A stretch of DNA of 64,000 nucleotides from an uncultured Bacilli bacterium (lineage in GTDB: Bacteria; Bacillota_I; Bacilli_A; RF39; UBA660): positions 75,314 to 139,313 of the forward strand of contig CANQQP010000001.1 in assembly GCA_947626055.1 (NCBI GenBank). Reading direction: 5' to 3'. The position numbers were made by a program, and so were the translations under genes. The notes below the pieces were generated by a model that saw nothing but the letters and a program-made list of their open reading frames with translations, had not been told where the DNA came from and did not search any database. This document shows, one piece after another, positions 59,246 to 64,000 of this stretch (position 1 is the first letter of the stretch; each line of letters opens with the position of its first letter).

Positions 59246-60133
59246 TTAGATTACAAATTTTCGATCAAAAATTTTATTTCCTAAACTAACTAAAAAGATG
59301 GCAATAAATATTCCATAATAAATATGCAAAAATACCATTAAAATAAAATTCAAAAGAGCAATTAAGACGCTATAAATTATTTTACCTTTTTTAGTGTAAC
59401 TGCTAGTTAATGTTTGCGGGGCGATAAAAACAGCACCAAAAATAGTAAATCCTGATAAAAATAATTGCCACAAATTATAATCGTAGGAAATTAAACTATA
59501 TATTACCATTAAAATTAACGAAGTAATAATAATATAAAATGGTATATCTTTTTTATAAACTGGTGTCGTAGCCAAAATAATAAAACTAACTAAACACCAA
59601 AAATTACTTGTGGTAAAAGTCCCCCCAATACTTCTTCCCATGAAGATATTTAAATAAGACAAGCTTAAATTTCCAGCTGTTTCATAATTAGAAGCATAAG
59701 CATTTAAATTAAATAAATTTAAACTAACTATTAGAATCAAAAGAAGTAAAGATATAACATTTACTTTCGTATCTAATTTGAAAAATTTACAAAAACATAT
59801 TGCAACGAATAAAATTAAAGTTAATAGTAAATAATTGCAATCTATTGGCATTACCATACAGATAATTAAACTATAAAGAGGAATAAAACGATTGTATTCT
59901 TTAAATGGCTTTTTTAAATAAAATTTTTGATATAAATACTCTACTAATAAACCAATACCTAACCCAATAATTATTAAAAGAAGTGGCTTTAATAAATAAA
60001 TAAAACTCGCTTTTTGATAATTTAAAATAATATTTTTATATAGACCATAAAATATTAAAGGAATTAAAGCCAGATAATAACGATTAAAATAACTTTGATA
60101 AGAATTATTACTTTTTAGATAAGGAGTTTTCAT
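59246..60133 (-). CDS. RnfD/NqrB-like polytopic membrane protein (divergent)
   Basis: Blocks GRSIGGTFTTSNFWCLV and SGFTIFGAVFIAPQTLTSSYTKKGKIIY align with RnfD G..GE.S and GA.FMATD.VTSP..G regions. Its ATG overlaps the upstream stop (TAATG) behind aaaggagg. Confidence 0.5.
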   Translation of the reverse strand: MKTPYLKSNNSYQSYFNRYYLALIPLIFYGLYKNIILNYQKASFIYLLKPLLLIIIGLGIGLLVEYLYQKFYLKKPFKEYNRFIPLYSLIICMVMPIDCNYLLLTLILFVAICFCKFFKLDTKVNVISLLLLILIVSLNLFNLNAYASNYETAGNLSLSYLNIFMGRSIGGTFTTSNFWCLVSFIILATTPVYKKDIPFYIIITSLILMVIYSLISYDYNLWQLFLSGFTIFGAVFIAPQTLTSSYTKKGKIIYSVLIALLNFILMVFLHIYYGIFIAIFLVSLGNKIFDRKFVI

Positions 60134-61278
60134 TAGCAATCCTCCTTTAAATTTAAATTTATTTTGGCTGGACAAACATAACTACATAAATTACAACCGT
60201 TACACCTTTCTAAATATTCCTTAGGAATTTTAGGTAAATTTTTGAGATATTTGGGGTTTAAGTTACGTGGACAACATTCATAACATAATCCACAGTTTAA
60301 ACAAGACTTAACCGAGCAATTATCTTTAGGCATTAAAAAGATACTTTCCAAATCATTAGTTACTATCATTTTGGAAATATTAAGGTATTTACCTTTCACT
60401 AAACCATTAATAATTATTTCATATTCTCGATCATTTTTTAACTCTACTTTTTTTAAAACATCTGATACTAAAGTACCAAATTTAACATTAATTACCTTGG
60501 GCTTTTTAACACCTAACCCACTTACTGTAATATATTTTTTAGTTGTTAATCTATTTTTTTTAAGTAAATTATAAATGACAATAATATCTTTAACATCTAA
60601 AAAGCTATAATTACTTTCACCATTAAATAAAAAGTTTTGTAAATTGAAATTATCTTCTAAACCATAGTAATTTGGTACTAATTTTAATTTAATTTGCGGA
60701 TAGCGACCAATATTATTAATTATCTTACCAACGCTATTAGCATCATTATTTTTTAAGACAATATACACTTTTGGCAAATCTAAAGCTTTTCTTAAAAGGT
60801 CAATAGTTTGTAAAATATTATCAGTTCTCTTTTCTAGTAACATAACTTTATTAGCTACATAAATATCATCTTCTATAGCATTTATAACTAAAGTATCATC
60901 TATATTATCTAAAAAATATAAGTTATATTTATGAAGAATAGTTAATATTTCCTCTTTTTGATATTCATTAAATTTTTGTTTATTTAATGAAACTTCTTTA
61001 AATCTTTCTTTACCATCATTTTTTATAACTAAGCATTGAATTTTGTGACCTTTAGCATTTATACATTCTTGAACACCTAATATATTACCAGATACAGGAG
61101 CATAAACATCTTGTGCCAGTTCTTGTTCTTTATATACATAATCATTAGATTTAATTATTAAAGTTTTAAAATCATTTATAGGTACATAAATATATTCTGA
61201 ATCGATAAATTCGGTTACATAGGTAGATACTTTTAAGTCATATTCATTTTTAATACTTACATACCTCACAATTACCAC
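60133..61278 (-). CDS. RnfC-like iron-sulfur protein lacking recognisable NADH/FMN motifs
   Basis: N-terminal barrel-like region with VYAPVSGNILGV; two ferredoxin motifs, CLNCGLCYECCP and CNGCNLCSYVCP. The real start is probably GTG 61269, behind aggtgg. Confidence 0.55.
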   Translation of the reverse strand: MVIVRYVSIKNEYDLKVSTYVTEFIDSEYIYVPINDFKTLIIKSNDYVYKEQELAQDVYAPVSGNILGVQECINAKGHKIQCLVIKNDGKERFKEVSLNKQKFNEYQKEEILTILHKYNLYFLDNIDDTLVINAIEDDIYVANKVMLLEKRTDNILQTIDLLRKALDLPKVYIVLKNNDANSVGKIINNIGRYPQIKLKLVPNYYGLEDNFNLQNFLFNGESNYSFLDVKDIIVIYNLLKKNRLTTKKYITVSGLGVKKPKVINVKFGTLVSDVLKKVELKNDREYEIIINGLVKGKYLNISKMIVTNDLESIFLMPKDNCSVKSCLNCGLCYECCPRNLNPKYLKNLPKIPKEYLERCNGCNLCSYVCPAKINLNLKEDC

Positions 61279-61340
61279 CTAATAATAAATTAACACTTAA
61301 AATATTTATTAGCAATATAAATTTAAAAAATAATAACATT

Positions 61341-63116
61341 TTAATTTTCATCTTGTTCTTTAAAATATTTAAGTAAATTAATAGCGGCTTGTTCCGGAAT
61401 AATTTCCCTAAGTTCCTCTTTAGAAGCCTCTTTTATCTTAGCAACACTCCCATATTTTTTTATAAGTTCTTTTTTTCTTACTTTTCCTATTCCTTCGATA
61501 TTATCTAAAACACTAGAAATACTTCCTTTACTGCGAATTGTCTTATGATAAGTAATAGTATATCTATGTACTTCGTCTTGAATACGCGTCAAATAATGAA
61601 AAACATTACTAGTGGGATCAAGAGGAATAACATTATAATTTAAACTATCAATTAATTCATTAGTTCGGTGTTTATCATTTTTCTTTAATCCACAAACGCG
61701 AATATTAAGTTTTAATGCATTTAAAATATCTAAGCAAGCATTAATTTGATTAATTCCTCCATCAACTATAATTAAATCAGGTAATTCGCTTTTATTTATT
61801 AAAGCTTTATAGTATCTTCGATAAATAACTTCTTGCATAGTATGATAATCATCATTTTTTTCTGTACTAATTTTATATTTCCGATATTCATTTTTAGCCG
61901 GTTTACCATTTTTAAAGACAACCATTCCACTTACAGAAAAAGAGCCAAAAAGATTTGAGTTATCAAAAGCATCAATGCGATCTAGCTTATCTAACATTAA
62001 AATATTTTTTAATTCTTCATTAGCACCATATGTTCTTTTCTCATCGTGAATGATAGTTTCAAATTTATTTTCTAAAGCTATTTTCGCATTAGTTTTTACC
62101 ATATCTAAAAGTTTCTTTTTTATTCCTTTTACACTAGTTACTACTTTAGCATTAAGTAAATCACTTAAAATTTCAATATCTAAATTACTAGCTACAATTA
62201 TTTCTTTAGGTATTTCATGTTTTTGATAATAAGTAGCAATATATGTTTCTACTGTATCTACTTCTTCGGTAATTAAAGGAAAAATTTCACTATGATGACC
62301 TATTAACTTACCATTTCTTAAGAAAAATATTTGCATACTAATATAACCTTTATCAAAATAATAATTAATAATATCTCGATTAATAAAATCATGGAGTTCA
62401 ACTTTTTGTTTATCAATTACAACACTTAAATAATCTAATTCCTTTTTTAACTCTAGCGCCTTTTCATAATTTAACTTTTCACTATAAAACGCAATTTTCT
62501 CTTTTATTTTATCTTTTAAGATATTATCATTCCCTCGTAAAAATGACAGAATTTCTTGTTCCATTTTGGCTAATTTTTCCGAATCAACCTTTTTGACGCA
62601 ATATCCTAAACACTCCTCTATATGATAGTATAAACAAAGTTCTTTAGGATTACCTTCGCATTTTTTTAAAGGATATAAACGATTTAATAAATTAACTATT
62701 CTCCGCGCGGCATAGGCATTAGGATATGGTCCAAACAGCATTTTTTTATCTTTCTTCTTTAAATTATGATAACGGACAATTTTCAGACGCGGATAGGGTT
62801 TAGATATATATTCAATATAGGGATAAGTTTTATCGTCTTTCAGTAAGATGTTATATTTAGGATCGTGAAGTTTAATTAAGTTTAATTCTAAGACAAAAGC
62901 TTCAACTTCACTAGTTGTTACAATATATTCAAAATCAGCTATTTCCGAAACTAAAATGGCAGTTTTACCCGTAACTCTTCCGGTAAAATAAGAGCTTAAA
63001 CGATTTTTTAAATCTTTAGCTTTACCAACATATATAATAATACCCTCTTTATTTTTCATTTGGTAAGAACCAGGCAAATGCGGCACGAGTTTAAGTTTCT
63101 CTTTTATCTTATCCAT
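61341..63116 (-). CDS. uvrC: excinuclease ABC subunit C
   Basis: GIY-YIG N-terminus PGSYQMKNKEGIIIYVGKAKDLKNRLSSY, UvrBC domain, C-terminal HhH IEGIGKVRKKELIKKYGS. Confidence 0.95.
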   Translation of the reverse strand: MDKIKEKLKLVPHLPGSYQMKNKEGIIIYVGKAKDLKNRLSSYFTGRVTGKTAILVSEIADFEYIVTTSEVEAFVLELNLIKLHDPKYNILLKDDKTYPYIEYISKPYPRLKIVRYHNLKKKDKKMLFGPYPNAYAARRIVNLLNRLYPLKKCEGNPKELCLYYHIEECLGYCVKKVDSEKLAKMEQEILSFLRGNDNILKDKIKEKIAFYSEKLNYEKALELKKELDYLSVVIDKQKVELHDFINRDIINYYFDKGYISMQIFFLRNGKLIGHHSEIFPLITEEVDTVETYIATYYQKHEIPKEIIVASNLDIEILSDLLNAKVVTSVKGIKKKLLDMVKTNAKIALENKFETIIHDEKRTYGANEELKNILMLDKLDRIDAFDNSNLFGSFSVSGMVVFKNGKPAKNEYRKYKISTEKNDDYHTMQEVIYRRYYKALINKSELPDLIIVDGGINQINACLDILNALKLNIRVCGLKKNDKHRTNELIDSLNYNVIPLDPTSNVFHYLTRIQDEVHRYTITYHKTIRSKGSISSVLDNIEGIGKVRKKELIKKYGSVAKIKEASKEELREIIPEQAAINLLKYFKEQDEN

Positions 63117-63158
63117 ATATTTTCCCTCCTTTTTTATTGTATCACAAAAAAAGACTTA

Positions 63159-63650
63159 TTATTTAATTAAAAGTCTTTGGATTATTTTGGTATTATCATT
63201 ATCTCCAGTCGGTTGATATTTTTTTAAAAATTGATTAATTAGGTGATGACGATTTACATCAACTAAAATAGTAACTAAAATGTTTAAGAATTCATAAGAA
63301 CTTATTCCTGAACTATAATATTCATAAGTATCTGCATTAACATATTTATTCCATACATCTTGAGAAAAATAAATATAACTTTTTAAAATATCTTTTGCTT
63401 TTTCTTGACTAATATATTCTGCTTCTATAATTTTAAAATCATTTTGCATATATTTATTTAATTCTTCCCAAACTAGAGAATTTTTAGTAAGAGTATCTGT
63501 GCTATTTAAACTTTTCAAATTATTTTCTAATTGTGTATTCATTTTTAAAAAAAGTTCTAGATATCTTTCTAACTCAAATTCTTTTAATTTATATAACTTA
63601 ATTTTGCCAAAATTTTCTTTAATATTATCACTTATATTAATTAGCTTCAT
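63159..63650 (-). CDS. hypothetical protein, 163 aa
   Basis: ORF upstream of uvrC, RBS aaaggag; no motif recognised. Confidence 0.5.
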   Translation of the reverse strand: MKLINISDNIKENFGKIKLYKLKEFELERYLELFLKMNTQLENNLKSLNSTDTLTKNSLVWEELNKYMQNDFKIIEAEYISQEKAKDILKSYIYFSQDVWNKYVNADTYEYYSSGISSYEFLNILVTILVDVNRHHLINQFLKKYQPTGDNDNTKIIQRLLIK

Positions 63651-63677
63651 AATAATTTCTCCTTTAAATTTTAGTCA

Positions 63678-63983
63678 TTATTTATCCATCTTTGCTAAAT
63701 AAGTTTTAACAATATTTTCATTTTGTAAGGCTTCTCGTTGTTCTTGTAAAATTTCATCAAATACTTGATTAATGATTTTTCTTCTTTCAATATCACCTAA
63801 AATGGCTATACGCGCTGATATATTGGGATTTTCATAATGCTTAGAAGTCAAAACGGGAAATAATAATTTGGCAAAATTAGGAGTGTTTAAAAGAGCTAAA
63901 ATTATATCTTCATTCATAATGGTATTAATATTACCTTTTATACCAAATGGATTTGTATTATATATCTTTAGTTCATTTAACAT
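63678..63983 (-). CDS. hypothetical protein, about 101 aa, close to the window edge
   Basis: ORF with an ATG at 63983; the upstream region is truncated by the window end. Confidence 0.4.
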   Translation of the reverse strand: MLNELKIYNTNPFGIKGNINTIMNEDIILALLNTPNFAKLLFPVLTSKHYENPNISARIAILGDIERRKIINQVFDEILQEQREALQNENIVKTYLAKMDK

Positions 63984-64000
63984 ACTATCTGAAGCTTCTA

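Overview
AT-rich chromosome segment of Bacillota type. GC looks like the high twenties percent by eye; I did not compute it. The standard genetic code applies: TGA ends normal-length genes such as rimM, and Trp is TGG. Most of the window is housekeeping. Genes on the + strand up to about 39.6 kb: divIVA-like, frr, a tRNA-binding protein, sufC-sufD-sufS-sufU, T-box-DUF1653-serS, cls, miaB, ftsK, rimM-trmD, comEA-comEC-holA, ruvA-ruvB-queA-tgt, cell-wall enzymes, a HerA-like ATPase and tcdA. From about 47.2 kb nearly everything is on the - strand: mnmA, an HD hydrolase, mscL, trmK-rpoD-dnaG and uvrC. Signals that the ORF track does not explain: (1) a 28-bp XerCD dif site at 47104-47131, exactly at the strand switch, so the window appears to span the replication terminus, with xerD 4 kb away and ftsK also in the window. 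(2) A roughly 175-nt RNA candidate at 38743-38919 with a long-range closing helix, lying upstream of tcdA (yrvM) like B. subtilis 6S-1 RNA. (3) A Ser-type T-box leader. (4) Two near-consensus promoters, each followed by an intrinsic terminator directly in front of a gene (the zupT gene and a repeat lipoprotein gene). (5) An unlisted 50-aa Asn/Ser/Arg-only ORF with a strong RBS. (6) An apparent frameshift in frr. The best candidates for undescribed biology are these: an RnfC-like, RnfD-like and radical-SAM operon between uvrC and dnaG with no other rnf genes; the orphan block around dif (the N-rich peptide, a duplicated transglutaminase-like protein, a membrane-tethered XRE regulator, and two orphans co-transcribed with mnmA); and a stand-alone HerA-like ATPase. 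I saw no CRISPR array, tRNA, rRNA, transposase or prophage. All homology calls come from motif recognition by eye, not from database searches.
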